Source: a virus (taxonomy: Duplodnaviria; Heunggongvirae; Uroviricota; Caudoviricetes). Taken from it: a DNA stretch of 63,899 nt. Shown one piece after another: positions 49,050-59,510 of this stretch; within the stretch, counting starts at the first letter, position 1; the number at the start of each line of letters is the position of its first letter. Under the pieces are notes generated by a model. The model searched no databases. It worked only from the letters and a program-made list of their open reading frames with translations, and had not been told where the DNA came from. Position numbers and translations under genes: made by a program. Where the stretch lies: the IMG/VR virus record IMGVR_UViG_643348545_000007; one strand, given 5' to 3'.

Positions 49050-50315
49050 ATGAGCGGATTTGCACAGGGGTTACTTGCCGGATTCAGCACCGTTGACCAG
49101 GCAATGACCCGTCGTAAGGAACTTGGTTTGCGAGAAGCACAGCTTGCTCAACAACAGAAAAATAACGAGCGCGATTTTGAATTTGCACAGTCGCAGTTTG
49201 AACATAATAAAGACGTTGATCAGCGTGACTTTGATTACAAAGCCAAAGTTGATGACCGTGATTATGCGCTTAAAGAACGTGAATTTAACGCCAACCAGAA
49301 TTACCGGAATGCGTCGCTGGGTATGGAGCAGCAGCGACTCCGGATGCAGAAATACAACCAGCGACGGCTTGAGTATAACGATATGCTGGCGCGCGATCAG
49401 CCTGTGATGGCGGCGCTTGGAAAGGCTGTGGATGCTGGCGATCGGGATGCAGCAATGCGTCTTTACGGCCAGTTGTCAGAGGGTAATCCGCTGAGGCTGA
49501 TGGCGAATGATGGCTATGTAGCGAAAGCGGGTCAGGCCGTGAACAACCTGCAAAAAATCTTTGATGACAAGCCGGACAGGGCTATCGCTTCACTTAATAC
49601 GCCGGAGAATCTTGATGTCCTTTCCGGGGTGTTTGGCCCGGAACTGCAACAGCGTATTGGCATGCCCGATTCAACCGGGAAAAAGACGATAAAAGAGGCC
49701 AGGATTGGCAGTATAGTACCGGCACAGCAGGAAGGGTACGTACTTATTGGCCTTGATCTCACATACAGCGATGGCTCCACCGCGCATAAACCTGTAACAG
49801 AATACGGCAGTGCACATCCTGATGATCAAACCGTGCTGGCGGTGCCTGTTGATAAGGCTGTTGAGCTTGTCAGGGATCGCAGTAAATTCGCGGAAATTTC
49901 GAAAAATTTCGGCTATTTCACGCCGAAGCAGCAGGGACTTTCTGCGGATCAACTTCAGAAAGGAGCCAGCCAGGTAGCGATAAAGGTTGCACAGGACGGC
50001 GGTGATGCGCAGGGAGCAGTGACGCAATATTATGCTTCGATGGGACTGCCGCAGTATCAGCAGCAAATTCAGCAGCAAAAAATTCAACAAGGGATTACCA
50101 GTTGGGCGGGTGATGATCCGGATAAGCAGGCATTTGCCAGAGAAGTGGCCTCCCGTCAGCCAGAAATGCTGGAGCCTCAGAATCAGAAATTGCTGGAACA
50201 CGGGTATGCGAATTTTCTCCGTATTCAAAAGGCCAGGGGGGAACAGGCCAGGGATGATAGCGCGGCCTCTGCATCTGAGTTTATCCGTGGTCTGAAACAG
50301 AATTACGCGCAGTAA
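49050..50315 (+). CDS. Hypothetical virion protein (421 aa)
   Basis: ORF with AAGGAG RBS upstream of the giant gene. Confidence 0.5.
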   Translation: MSGFAQGLLAGFSTVDQAMTRRKELGLREAQLAQQQKNNERDFEFAQSQFEHNKDVDQRDFDYKAKVDDRDYALKEREFNANQNYRNASLGMEQQRLRMQKYNQRRLEYNDMLARDQPVMAALGKAVDAGDRDAAMRLYGQLSEGNPLRLMANDGYVAKAGQAVNNLQKIFDDKPDRAIASLNTPENLDVLSGVFGPELQQRIGMPDSTGKKTIKEARIGSIVPAQQEGYVLIGLDLTYSDGSTAHKPVTEYGSAHPDDQTVLAVPVDKAVELVRDRSKFAEISKNFGYFTPKQQGLSADQLQKGASQVAIKVAQDGGDAQGAVTQYYASMGLPQYQQQIQQQKIQQGITSWAGDDPDKQAFAREVASRQPEMLEPQNQKLLEHGYANFLRIQKARGEQARDDSAASASEFIRGLKQNYAQ

Positions 50316-50347
50316 TTCACCATTCCCGTTAATACTATTTCCTGATA

Positions 50348-50372
50348 CCCGGTCATTGTGCCGGGTTTTTTT
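50348..50372 (+). terminator. Rho-independent terminator
   Basis: CCCGG-tcattgtg-CCGGG followed by TTTTTTT. Confidence 0.7.
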
Positions 50373-50383
50373 ATGGAGTCTGT

Positions 50384-53300
50384 ATGGCTTATTCCGATGA
50401 ACAGCGCCCTGAAGCGCAATTTGGCAACCAGAGCCGCAACAGCCTGAACATTCAGCAGCCGGGAGAGACTGACAGCTATGATGTGTTTTTCTCCGATCCC
50501 AATCGCTGGAAGGACAACAGCACGTCGTTCAGCCTGGGCGATGTATTGCCAACTATGGGGAAAGGTGTCGCCCAGTCCGTCCGGGGGACAGGGGAAATGG
50601 CCCGTGGACTCGGTGATGCGATGATTCAGAGCCCGGTAAAAACAGGGGCGCGTATTTTAAATGAGTTCAGCCGTATGGGGCTGCCGGGAGTCGCAACTGT
50701 TCAGGATATTTTTGTCGGTGGCAGCAAGGGGGCGGATGAGGTCATCGACACTCTGCCTGATGGAAAAAATGCGGTTACTGATACTGTCGGTAAAGGTCTG
50801 AAGGTCACAGGCAAGGCAGTCAGTGGCGGCGCTAAAGCCTCGGATGAATGGCTGACTGGCAAGATGTCGCCGGGGGCGCAGCGGGCGCTGAATACACCGA
50901 TGACTGAAGGATATGATGATTCTGCGGTCTGGGTGGCGAAGGGCGTAAACCTGATTGGTGCCCTTGTACCTGATATGGTTGCAGGCGATGTGACTAAAAA
51001 GCTGGGTGAAGTCACTCTGCGAAAAGTGCTGACCGCCGGGCTGGAGAAAAAATACATTGCGGCAGGGATGCAGCCGGAAAGAGCTACCGCACTGGCAGCA
51101 GAAGCTGTCGATAAAAAAATGCCGGATTTTTTCCAGGCAGGCCTGATCACCCATTCCTCAGCCAGCGCACAGGGGCAGAGTGCAATGGCAGCAGCAGACT
51201 CTGTTCTTAACGCGGATTACTCTGAGCTGGCGAAGTCCCCGAAATTTCAGCAGACGTTTTTGTCAATTGATGCAGATCCGCAGCACGCACAGCTTACTGA
51301 TCGCCAGAAAATGGATCTGGCAAAAGAGCGTGTTGCCGATGAGGTGCGCGCGCAGCTGGCAACCGATCCTGAATTGCTGGCTGTGAATGCCATGGCGGCA
51401 AAACTGGGCGATGCTCAGTTGTTTAATCTGGCGATGCGGGGCACGGCGAAGACCGTTAAAAGCGGCATTGTCAGAAATGCCACGGAACAGGGGACGATTA
51501 ATGCGGCGCAGGGCGGCTATTCGCGTTACCAGGAAAATATGACGTTGCGTGAGACTGCCGGAATGGATGTATCACCATGGGAGGGGGTAGCTGACGCAAC
51601 GATCGAAGGAGCCGCTCTTGGTGCAGCGATGGGCGCACCGTTCGGTGCGGTTGCCGGATATCGTGGAAAACGTCAGGCCGCAGAAGAAACCGCCATGCGT
51701 GAGGCTGAAGTCGTACAGCAGGGTGAAGCAGCCCCGCAACCCGAACCGGCTGATCCGGTGGCACAGCATCGCGAATCCATGCAGGGCATGAATCGCGAGC
51801 AACTTCTGGAACAGTATGCTGATGCGGATATGGCACCTGAGGGAGACACGTCTGCCGTTCATCGCCGGGAAGCCGCCAGCCAGCTGTTGAATGAACTGGA
51901 TGAACAGGCGAAGCGACAGGCGGTGATGGATGAGCTGAAGGCGAAGCCGCGCCCTGAACTGCTTGAGGAATACCGAAAACTCAGCCAGAAGGAAGGGCGT
52001 ACTGATACTGAAGAGCAGCAGTTACAGGCAATACGTGATGTGCTTCGCCCTCAGCGGGAGGCCAGACCGGAGGCACAGCCACAGCCGGAAAATGCGGATG
52101 ATGGCGACGGGAGTATTTACCCGACGGTGCGGTTCCGCGATCCGGATGAAGTTCGTATTGAAATTAACGAGAGTGGTGCGTCCAGACCAGCAGAACGCAT
52201 TGAAAAGGTGCGTCCGGACAACCGTTATTTCACGGATGAAAAAAGTGCTCTGGGGAGCGATGTTTTCCGCAATGCCAGCGCCACCGGCCTGAAACCGTCC
52301 GTAGTGAAGAAAGGCGAGAATCAGTATGCCGTTGAAATGGATAATCCTGCGTTCTCTGAAGATGTGGCAACGGAGACCATTAACACTCTGGCTGACGGAG
52401 AGCGTATTACTGATGCTGATCCGATGGAACAGCCCGCGTTCATGCGTGACCCGCGATTCCGTGGTTTTACGGGGGATGATACAGAAGTGCAGGCCCGTCT
52501 TGCCCGTGGCAACGCGCCGACGGCGGAAGAACTGGTGCGTTCCCAGATGGCTGAAGGTGATGCCGGTCCGACAGCACAGGAGTTAACTGAGCGTCCACGC
52601 CTTCCCGCTCCCGGCGATATTCATCCCGGACAGGGATATCCGTTACCGGGAGAAGTGGCGCGTACGCCGGATGAAAATCAGGCCGGACGTGGTGGTCGTT
52701 TTACCACAACCGGTGAGGTGAAGGGCCAGAGTTTCCAGAAAGGACGTGCGCAGGCACCGGAAAATGCCGCTGGTCGCCAGGGGGAAATACTGGAGGGCGA
52801 ACCGGTTCGTCGTGGTCTGCCGTCACCGGATGAGCAGAACGCCACAGCACCAGTGCGTGAAGGACTTCCTGCACCTGAACAGCGTGGGGTTGATATGCCA
52901 CATCCTGAATCACTCCCTCGTATGGTTCGTGACTCCCTTCCGGAACTGGCACAGCAGGCAGAAGCACGCAGACAGACCGGGGATAATCGCCAGACCATAA
53001 CCGATGTTCCGGATACTGAGGTGCCGGTGCCGGTAGATAAACCGAGCACTCACCAGCAGGCGCGTGGTGCAAAAATTGAAGACTTTGGCGAGGAGATTAA
53101 GGGCGCGGCAAAACACCGTTATGCACAGCTTGCCGAAACACTGGGTAAAACGCTGGAAGACAGGGATTATTTCACGCAGCCGCTGAGCAAAGTGTTCCCG
53201 AAACCGGACTATGCAAAACTGGCGAACGAAGGGGCCGACGCTGACACACTGGCAATGATTGCGCTGTACCGCAGTGATATTCCCGCGAAAACGAAACTCA

Positions 53301-56300
53301 ATGCGGTGAAGTGGGTGGAGAGTGTAAAGAGCATCCGCACAAGCGTGGCGGGAATGCTGGAAGGAAAAGTGACTGCCGGACGGCTTGCTGAGTGGATGGA
53401 GGGAAGAATGCCTTCCCGTTATGCGGATACCTGGCAACTGTTACGCACGCTGCCACCTTCACAGATGGACAAGGCTTCTGCTTATCGGGTGGTATCCGGT
53501 GTGTATCAGGCGGCCGGAGGGAAGCGTTACGATCCGCCACAGAAACTTTATTCACTGCGCAATAAGGACAATAAGGGGAGTAACCTCTTTTTCTCGGAAA
53601 GCAGGGATGAATTACTGACAAAGGCGAAAGCCTGGTTTGCAGAGCAGGAGGAAAAGTCACGGGTGAAAGGTGATGAAAAAACAGCACCGTCACCAGATGA
53701 CAAAATCAGCTTTGACGTTTACCGGAATACCCGTAGTGGCGATATTTTTATCGCTTACGGCAAAAACAAAATGCGGGTGAGAGGTGGTTTTAAGTCAGCC
53801 AGTGATGCGCGTAAGTACATTGATTCACATCGTGATGAGCTTGTTCGTCATGTGAAGGAGATGCGGGAGATTTCGCGTGAGGAGCAGCGTAACGCCACTA
53901 ACCGCGACCGCACCGGACCAGAACGCCGCAAAGGGGATGTTTCGCCGGAGCAGTTCAGTGATGCGTTTGGTTTCCGTGGTGTGCAGTTTGGTAATTATGT
54001 GGAAGGTCCGCGTCGTCAGGCTGATTTGAACCGGGCTTATGACTCGCTGCATGACCTGGCTGACGTGCTGAACGTTCCGACAAAAGCGCTTTCCCTGAAT
54101 GGTCGTCTTGGGCTTGCTTTTGGTGCCCGTGGTAAGGGTAAGGCGGCGGCACACTATGAGCCGGGTGAGGTGGCAATCAACCTGACAAAAGGTAACGGAC
54201 CGGGGGCGCTGGCCCACGAATGGTTCCATTCACTGGATAATTATTTTGGTCGTTATGATGTTTCCACTGACGGGAAGATCACGTCAGGTGGCGACTATAT
54301 GACGGAAGCACAACGTGCCGGGCGCGTATTTAAAGACGGCAGATATGTTGATGCGGAATATCCGGTACGTCAGGAGGTTTACGACGCGTTTAAAGGCGTG
54401 ATGAAAGCGATCAACAGCAGTGACATGCCGCGTCGTTCAGCGCTTCTCGATGAGGTGCGCTCAAAACCGTACTGGTCAACGGATGTTGAAATGGCGGCGC
54501 GTGCCTTTGAGCGTTATGTTCAGGATAAAGCGCGTACGGCTGGCGTGGAGAATGATTATCTGGTCAATATCCGTAAGGCACCTGAGCACAACACAGATAA
54601 CACCTGGGCTTATCCGACGAATGCGGAACTGGATGGCGGTATTCGTGATGCATTCGATCACCTGTTCAGTACGCTGAAAACCCGTAAGACGGACAAGGGC
54701 GTTGCGTTTTATTCCCGTAAGGGCGTGACCCGCACACCTGAAGGCAATCTCATTTCGGATGTTAACCGCAGTGCGGAAGCCAAAGGCAGCCCGGTCCCGC
54801 AGGTTGAAGCGGTTGCCCGTGGCGTGATGAGTGGCATTAAGGACAGTGACCTGAAGGTCCGCGTGGTGAAGTCACAGAAAGAGGCTGAAGCGCTGGCGGG
54901 TGAATCGTTCGACGGTTACGGCAGGGTGCATGCGTTCTATCGTCCGGATAAACGTGAAATTGTCCTGGTGGCGGATAACATCCCTGACGGGCGGACCGTT
55001 CGCGAGAAGTTACGTCACGAGATTATTCACCATGCAATGGAGCATGTAGTCACGCCAGCGGAATATCAGACGATTATTAAGACCGTACTGAAAACCCGTG
55101 ACAGTGATAACGCCACCATCCGTGACGCCTGGCGTAAGGTTGATGCGTCTTATGGTAAGGAATCACCGGAAGTGCAGGCAGGTGAATTTCTGGCACATAT
55201 GGCGGAGAAACAGCCGAATAAATTTGTGGCGGCGTGGGAGCGTGTTGTTGCCCTGGTCAAAGGGGTACTGCGTCGCACGGGGTTACTGAAGCCGACAGAG
55301 CTGAACGATATCAGACTTGTTCGCGAAACTATTCGCACGTTAGGCCAGCGTGTGCGGGAAGGTTACACGCCGCGTGAGGATGGCGCTGGCGCATCGTCTC
55401 AGTACTCCCGTAGCGGTAAGCCTGATCCGTTCAAAGTGCCGGAAGGTGAGGGCGAGCGTTATCGTGATGACCTTGCCAGAATGATGAAGTCGTTACGTTC
55501 TGGTGCAATGACTGCAAACATCGGGCGTACGCCGCCGGTATTGCGCCACCTTGGCGCACCAGATTTGCCGCTGGTTATCTCCCGCGACACTGTGCGGAAG
55601 GCTACCAATGGCGTGAAACATGTGGTGCCAATGGATGTTATCGAGAGACTTCCGGAACTGATGCACAATCCGGATGCAATTTACCGTTCCGCGACAGAAA
55701 GAAATGCGGTTGTGATGCTGCTTGATGCTGTGGATAAAAATGGTGATCCGGTCGTCTCGGCAGTGCATATGAAGGCGACAGATAAACGTCTGGAAATTAA
55801 CAAGGTGGCATCTGTTTACGGTACGGAAAACGGGAAAAAGCAGAAAAGTATGGAAATGGCTGGATTAACGCTTTACCGGAAGGAGAAATTAAGCCGCGAT
55901 AACCCTCAGTACAGTGGGCTCCAATTGCCCAAAGAGGAGCGTTCTTATCGCGGCTCTGTAGATAAAATACTCTATCCTGAAGATATTCGCAAGGGGCCGT
56001 ATTACTCCCGTACCAGCAGTCTGACACCGGAAGAGACAATTGCATCGCGTTTTGTGCGCCAGATGCAGGATAAATTCCAGGTGCTGAAAGCTGTTCAGGA
56101 GAATATCCGTAAAACTGGCGAAAAAATAGACGACAGTAACAACGCTTATATGGCGGAAGAACTCTTCCACGGGAAGGCGGAAAACGACCTGAACGTGATG
56201 AAGGAGCGCTACGTTCAGCCACTGGCTAAATTACTGGCGGACTACAAAATTGCGCAGGCCGATCTGGATGAGTACCTCTACGCCCGTCACGCGCCGGAAC

Positions 56301-58747
56301 GTAACGCGCATATCGCGAAAATCAACCCGAAAATGCCGGACGGCGGTTCGGGGATGACCAACGCGGAGGCGGCGGAAATCATGCAGCGTGTGCGTAACAG
56401 TGGAAAACAGGCACAGTATGACCGTCTGGCAGGGATTGTTGACGATATGCTGGCCCGTCGCCGTGAGCTTATCCGTGAGGCCGGACTGGAAGAGAGCGGT
56501 GTGGTGGATGCCTGGCAGAACGCCTACCGTTACTACGTTCCCCTGAAAGGTCAGGATGTTGACGGTGTGGTGTCACTGCCCCGTACAGGTAAGGGCTTCA
56601 CCATCGGCGGACGTGAAAGCAGGCAGGCCATGGGGCGTGCATCCCGCGCACAGTCTCCTTCCACTCAGGCGATACAGGATTTGAGCGAATCGCTGATCCG
56701 CAATCGCAAAAACGAAGTGGGTAACGCCTTCCTGAAACTGGTGCAGGATAATCCCGATAAGGATTACTGGCAGGTATTCACTGATGACAAACCGGACACC
56801 ATGCGGGCGATTGCAGAGCGTGTTGATCCGGAAACCGGCGAAACCCGTCGCGAAGTTGTTGAACGTCCGGTGCCTATGGCAATGATGGCGGATCGCTACT
56901 TCACCACCAAAAAGGACGGCAAAACTTACTACATCAAACTCCATGACCCGCGCCTGATGCGTGCGATGAAGAACATGGGGCCGGAAACCAGTAACGCCGT
57001 AATCCGTACGCTGGGGAAAGTTAACCGTTTCCTGGCAACGGTGAACACGTCGTATAACCCGGAATTTCTGGTCAGTAACTTCATCCGTGACGTGCAGACG
57101 GCGGTGATGAACCTGAAGGCTGAGCAGGGAAGGAGCGACGGTAAACTGAAAGGGCTGGATAACTTATCCGCCCTGGCTGTGGTGAAAGACAGCCGGTCTG
57201 CCATGTCTGCCGTATACGCCAGTCTGCGTGGTAAAACCCTCACGGGCAACGGTGCGCAGTGGCAGAAGGTGTGGAAAGAGTTTGTTGAGGATGGAGGTAA
57301 AACCGGCTGGTTTAACATGGGTGACCTTGAAGGCCAGCAGAAGGAAATGGATCGCCTTGTATCGCTGGCGAAGGGGGGATGGAAAGGCCAGAGTATCGGT
57401 GCATGGAATTCGTTCCTGAACCTTGTGGAGGATGCCAACGGTGCGGTTGAAAACGCACTGCGTCTTTCTGCCTATAAGCACGCCCGTGATGCCGGTTTGT
57501 CACGCCAGCAGGCGGCGTCTCTTGCCAAAAACATGACGGTGAACTTTAACCGTCGTGGTGAGCAGGGGGCGCTGATGAACTCGCTGTACATGTTCGCTAA
57601 CGCCAGCATTCAGGGGACGGCAAACCTTGTGAGAACCCTTGGGCACCTTAATGGTGACGGTCCGTTACTGGAGCGCCTTCGCTGGAAGAATCTCAATGTA
57701 CCGCAGAAAATCGCGCTTGCAGCTGTGGGAGCGGGTTATCTGCTTGGCTCGCTTAATCGGAGTGTGGCTGGGGAGGATGATGACGGGGTTAACTGGTATG
57801 ACAAGGTACCTGATCATGTGAAAGAGCGTAACCTCGTCATTATGAAATCGATGTTCGGGGGCAAGGCCGGTGAGTACTGGAGTATTCCTCTGCCTTACGG
57901 GTACAACGTTTTCTTCCTGCTCGGGCATACCGCTGAAGGTGTGGCGGCGGGTGACCTGACGGCGTCCCGTGCTGCCGGTAATGTTGTTGGTGGTGTGCTT
58001 GGTGCATTCAGCCCGATTGGCAGTGAGACGTCGGAAACCTTGTCCGGGGCATTGCTGAAAAACGCAGCGCCGACCATTCTGCGTCCGTTTGCGAATCTTG
58101 CCATGAACGAAAACTTCATGGGGGCGCAGATTTACCAGGAGAACATGCCGTTTGGTACACCAAAACCTGACAGCCAGCTGGGAAGACGTTCAACGCCAGA
58201 AGCGTACAAGGCGTTTGCATCCTGGCTGAATGCGTTCTCAGGTGGTAGCCAGTATCGTCCCGGCGCGGTGGATATCACACCGGAATCGCTGAAATTCTGG
58301 ATTGACTATATCTCCGGAGGGGCAGGGCGCTTCATTTCCAAAACCACGGATGCGGCGGTGAAATCGCTGAATGGTATTGATATACCGGAACAGCAGGTGC
58401 CCTTCCTGGGGAAAATTTCGGGTGAGGTGATGCCGTATGCAGACCAGCAGAAGATGTACGACCGGATGACAGAGGTTGCGCAGTATCACGCAGAGCTGAA
58501 GAGTCTGACCGGTGCAGAAAGAACGGCGTTCATTGACGAGAACAACGGAAAATTGTTGATGAACGGGCTTATGCAGGATACCCGGAAGAGACTGAAGGAT
58601 TTGCGCAAACAGCGTGATGCCATTTATGCCGACAGTTCTCTCAGTCTGGCGCAGCAGGCGGCGATGGTGAAATCGGTAGAGCGGGATATGAAGGTTGCCG
58701 TGGATCGCTTTAACCGCGAGTACAACAAAAAAGTGGGAGTGGATTAA
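50384..58747 (+). CDS. Giant multidomain virion protein (2787 aa) with two HExxH zincin-like motifs
   Basis: Uninterrupted 8.4-kb ORF; in-frame HEWFH at 54215-54229 and HEIIHHAMEH at 55016-55045; antisense ORFs in the track are artefacts. Confidence 0.8.
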   Translation: MAYSDEQRPEAQFGNQSRNSLNIQQPGETDSYDVFFSDPNRWKDNSTSFSLGDVLPTMGKGVAQSVRGTGEMARGLGDAMIQSPVKTGARILNEFSRMGLPGVATVQDIFVGGSKGADEVIDTLPDGKNAVTDTVGKGLKVTGKAVSGGAKASDEWLTGKMSPGAQRALNTPMTEGYDDSAVWVAKGVNLIGALVPDMVAGDVTKKLGEVTLRKVLTAGLEKKYIAAGMQPERATALAAEAVDKKMPDFFQAGLITHSSASAQGQSAMAAADSVLNADYSELAKSPKFQQTFLSIDADPQHAQLTDRQKMDLAKERVADEVRAQLATDPELLAVNAMAAKLGDAQLFNLAMRGTAKTVKSGIVRNATEQGTINAAQGGYSRYQENMTLRETAGMDVSPWEGVADATIEGAALGAAMGAPFGAVAGYRGKRQAAEETAMREAEVVQQGEAAPQPEPADPVAQHRESMQGMNREQLLEQYADADMAPEGDTSAVHRREAASQLLNELDEQAKRQAVMDELKAKPRPELLEEYRKLSQKEGRTDTEEQQLQAIRDVLRPQREARPEAQPQPENADDGDGSIYPTVRFRDPDEVRIEINESGASRPAERIEKVRPDNRYFTDEKSALGSDVFRNASATGLKPSVVKKGENQYAVEMDNPAFSEDVATETINTLADGERITDADPMEQPAFMRDPRFRGFTGDDTEVQARLARGNAPTAEELVRSQMAEGDAGPTAQELTERPRLPAPGDIHPGQGYPLPGEVARTPDENQAGRGGRFTTTGEVKGQSFQKGRAQAPENAAGRQGEILEGEPVRRGLPSPDEQNATAPVREGLPAPEQRGVDMPHPESLPRMVRDSLPELAQQAEARRQTGDNRQTITDVPDTEVPVPVDKPSTHQQARGAKIEDFGEEIKGAAKHRYAQLAETLGKTLEDRDYFTQPLSKVFPKPDYAKLANEGADADTLAMIALYRSDIPAKTKLNAVKWVESVKSIRTSVAGMLEGKVTAGRLAEWMEGRMPSRYADTWQLLRTLPPSQMDKASAYRVVSGVYQAAGGKRYDPPQKLYSLRNKDNKGSNLFFSESRDELLTKAKAWFAEQEEKSRVKGDEKTAPSPDDKISFDVYRNTRSGDIFIAYGKNKMRVRGGFKSASDARKYIDSHRDELVRHVKEMREISREEQRNATNRDRTGPERRKGDVSPEQFSDAFGFRGVQFGNYVEGPRRQADLNRAYDSLHDLADVLNVPTKALSLNGRLGLAFGARGKGKAAAHYEPGEVAINLTKGNGPGALAHEWFHSLDNYFGRYDVSTDGKITSGGDYMTEAQRAGRVFKDGRYVDAEYPVRQEVYDAFKGVMKAINSSDMPRRSALLDEVRSKPYWSTDVEMAARAFERYVQDKARTAGVENDYLVNIRKAPEHNTDNTWAYPTNAELDGGIRDAFDHLFSTLKTRKTDKGVAFYSRKGVTRTPEGNLISDVNRSAEAKGSPVPQVEAVARGVMSGIKDSDLKVRVVKSQKEAEALAGESFDGYGRVHAFYRPDKREIVLVADNIPDGRTVREKLRHEIIHHAMEHVVTPAEYQTIIKTVLKTRDSDNATIRDAWRKVDASYGKESPEVQAGEFLAHMAEKQPNKFVAAWERVVALVKGVLRRTGLLKPTELNDIRLVRETIRTLGQRVREGYTPREDGAGASSQYSRSGKPDPFKVPEGEGERYRDDLARMMKSLRSGAMTANIGRTPPVLRHLGAPDLPLVISRDTVRKATNGVKHVVPMDVIERLPELMHNPDAIYRSATERNAVVMLLDAVDKNGDPVVSAVHMKATDKRLEINKVASVYGTENGKKQKSMEMAGLTLYRKEKLSRDNPQYSGLQLPKEERSYRGSVDKILYPEDIRKGPYYSRTSSLTPEETIASRFVRQMQDKFQVLKAVQENIRKTGEKIDDSNNAYMAEELFHGKAENDLNVMKERYVQPLAKLLADYKIAQADLDEYLYARHAPERNAHIAKINPKMPDGGSGMTNAEAAEIMQRVRNSGKQAQYDRLAGIVDDMLARRRELIREAGLEESGVVDAWQNAYRYYVPLKGQDVDGVVSLPRTGKGFTIGGRESRQAMGRASRAQSPSTQAIQDLSESLIRNRKNEVGNAFLKLVQDNPDKDYWQVFTDDKPDTMRAIAERVDPETGETRREVVERPVPMAMMADRYFTTKKDGKTYYIKLHDPRLMRAMKNMGPETSNAVIRTLGKVNRFLATVNTSYNPEFLVSNFIRDVQTAVMNLKAEQGRSDGKLKGLDNLSALAVVKDSRSAMSAVYASLRGKTLTGNGAQWQKVWKEFVEDGGKTGWFNMGDLEGQQKEMDRLVSLAKGGWKGQSIGAWNSFLNLVEDANGAVENALRLSAYKHARDAGLSRQQAASLAKNMTVNFNRRGEQGALMNSLYMFANASIQGTANLVRTLGHLNGDGPLLERLRWKNLNVPQKIALAAVGAGYLLGSLNRSVAGEDDDGVNWYDKVPDHVKERNLVIMKSMFGGKAGEYWSIPLPYGYNVFFLLGHTAEGVAAGDLTASRAAGNVVGGVLGAFSPIGSETSETLSGALLKNAAPTILRPFANLAMNENFMGAQIYQENMPFGTPKPDSQLGRRSTPEAYKAFASWLNAFSGGSQYRPGAVDITPESLKFWIDYISGGAGRFISKTTDAAVKSLNGIDIPEQQVPFLGKISGEVMPYADQQKMYDRMTEVAQYHAELKSLTGAERTAFIDENNGKLLMNGLMQDTRKRLKDLRKQRDAIYADSSLSLAQQAAMVKSVERDMKVAVDRFNREYNKKVGVD

Positions 58748-58897
58748 CAGAAATGGCCCCGTACGGAAGTGCGGGGCTGATTAAGAAATAAACACACATT
58801 AACCTGTAATAACCGGAGCTATTAACATATAGTCAGAAAGAGTATTTCATGTGAGACAGAGAGCCGATTTATGTTTAATGAAGAAAAAGTTGCGTAA

Positions 58898-59422
58898 ATG
58901 GCAGCGTATTTGCTGAAAAAACATGGCGGATCTATGCGCTTCATTAAGCTGATGTATCTCTCTGACCGCAAAGCAATGGAGTTGTATGGTTTTCCCATTA
59001 GTGGTGATCATTATTTCTCTATGAACAAAGGACCCGTTTTATCGCAGACATATTCTTTGGTTAAGGATGGAAGTGAAAACGAGTACAGTCCGTGGGAATC
59101 ATGGATATCTGATGTAGCGGATCATAAGGTTGAAATGTGGCGTACATTTTCTTCTGTTGATGAGCTGGGGGAGTTATCGCCCGCAGAAATAGAGTCAATG
59201 GACATAATTTTTGGTCAATATGGAGGTTGGGATGCGTTCAGGCTTTGTGATGAAACTCACAGAATTTGCGGTGAGTGGCGCGATCCGCATGGTTCATCAA
59301 TTCCAATCAGCCTTAAGGATATATTTATTGCTCTTGGAAAGTTGCCAGAAGCAGCAACAGTAATGGCGAATAGCATTAATGCGCAAAATAATCTTGATAT
59401 ATTATTAGGTGATCTGAGGTAG
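58898..59422 (+). CDS. Panacea (DUF4065)-like protein
   Basis: ..FIKLMYLSDRKAMELYGFPISGDHYFSMNKGPVLSQ.. fits the DUF4065 pattern; an in-frame mini-ORF (MFNEEKVA-stop) ends one codon upstream. Confidence 0.55.
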   Translation: MAAYLLKKHGGSMRFIKLMYLSDRKAMELYGFPISGDHYFSMNKGPVLSQTYSLVKDGSENEYSPWESWISDVADHKVEMWRTFSSVDELGELSPAEIESMDIIFGQYGGWDAFRLCDETHRICGEWRDPHGSSIPISLKDIFIALGKLPEAATVMANSINAQNNLDILLGDLR

Positions 59423-59510
59423 TCGGGATGATGTTCAGCCCTTATTTGTATTTACCGGGGAGGGAAGATGTTTAATTCCGATTCCCCGGCTCCACAGGCC
59501 TAACCTAACT

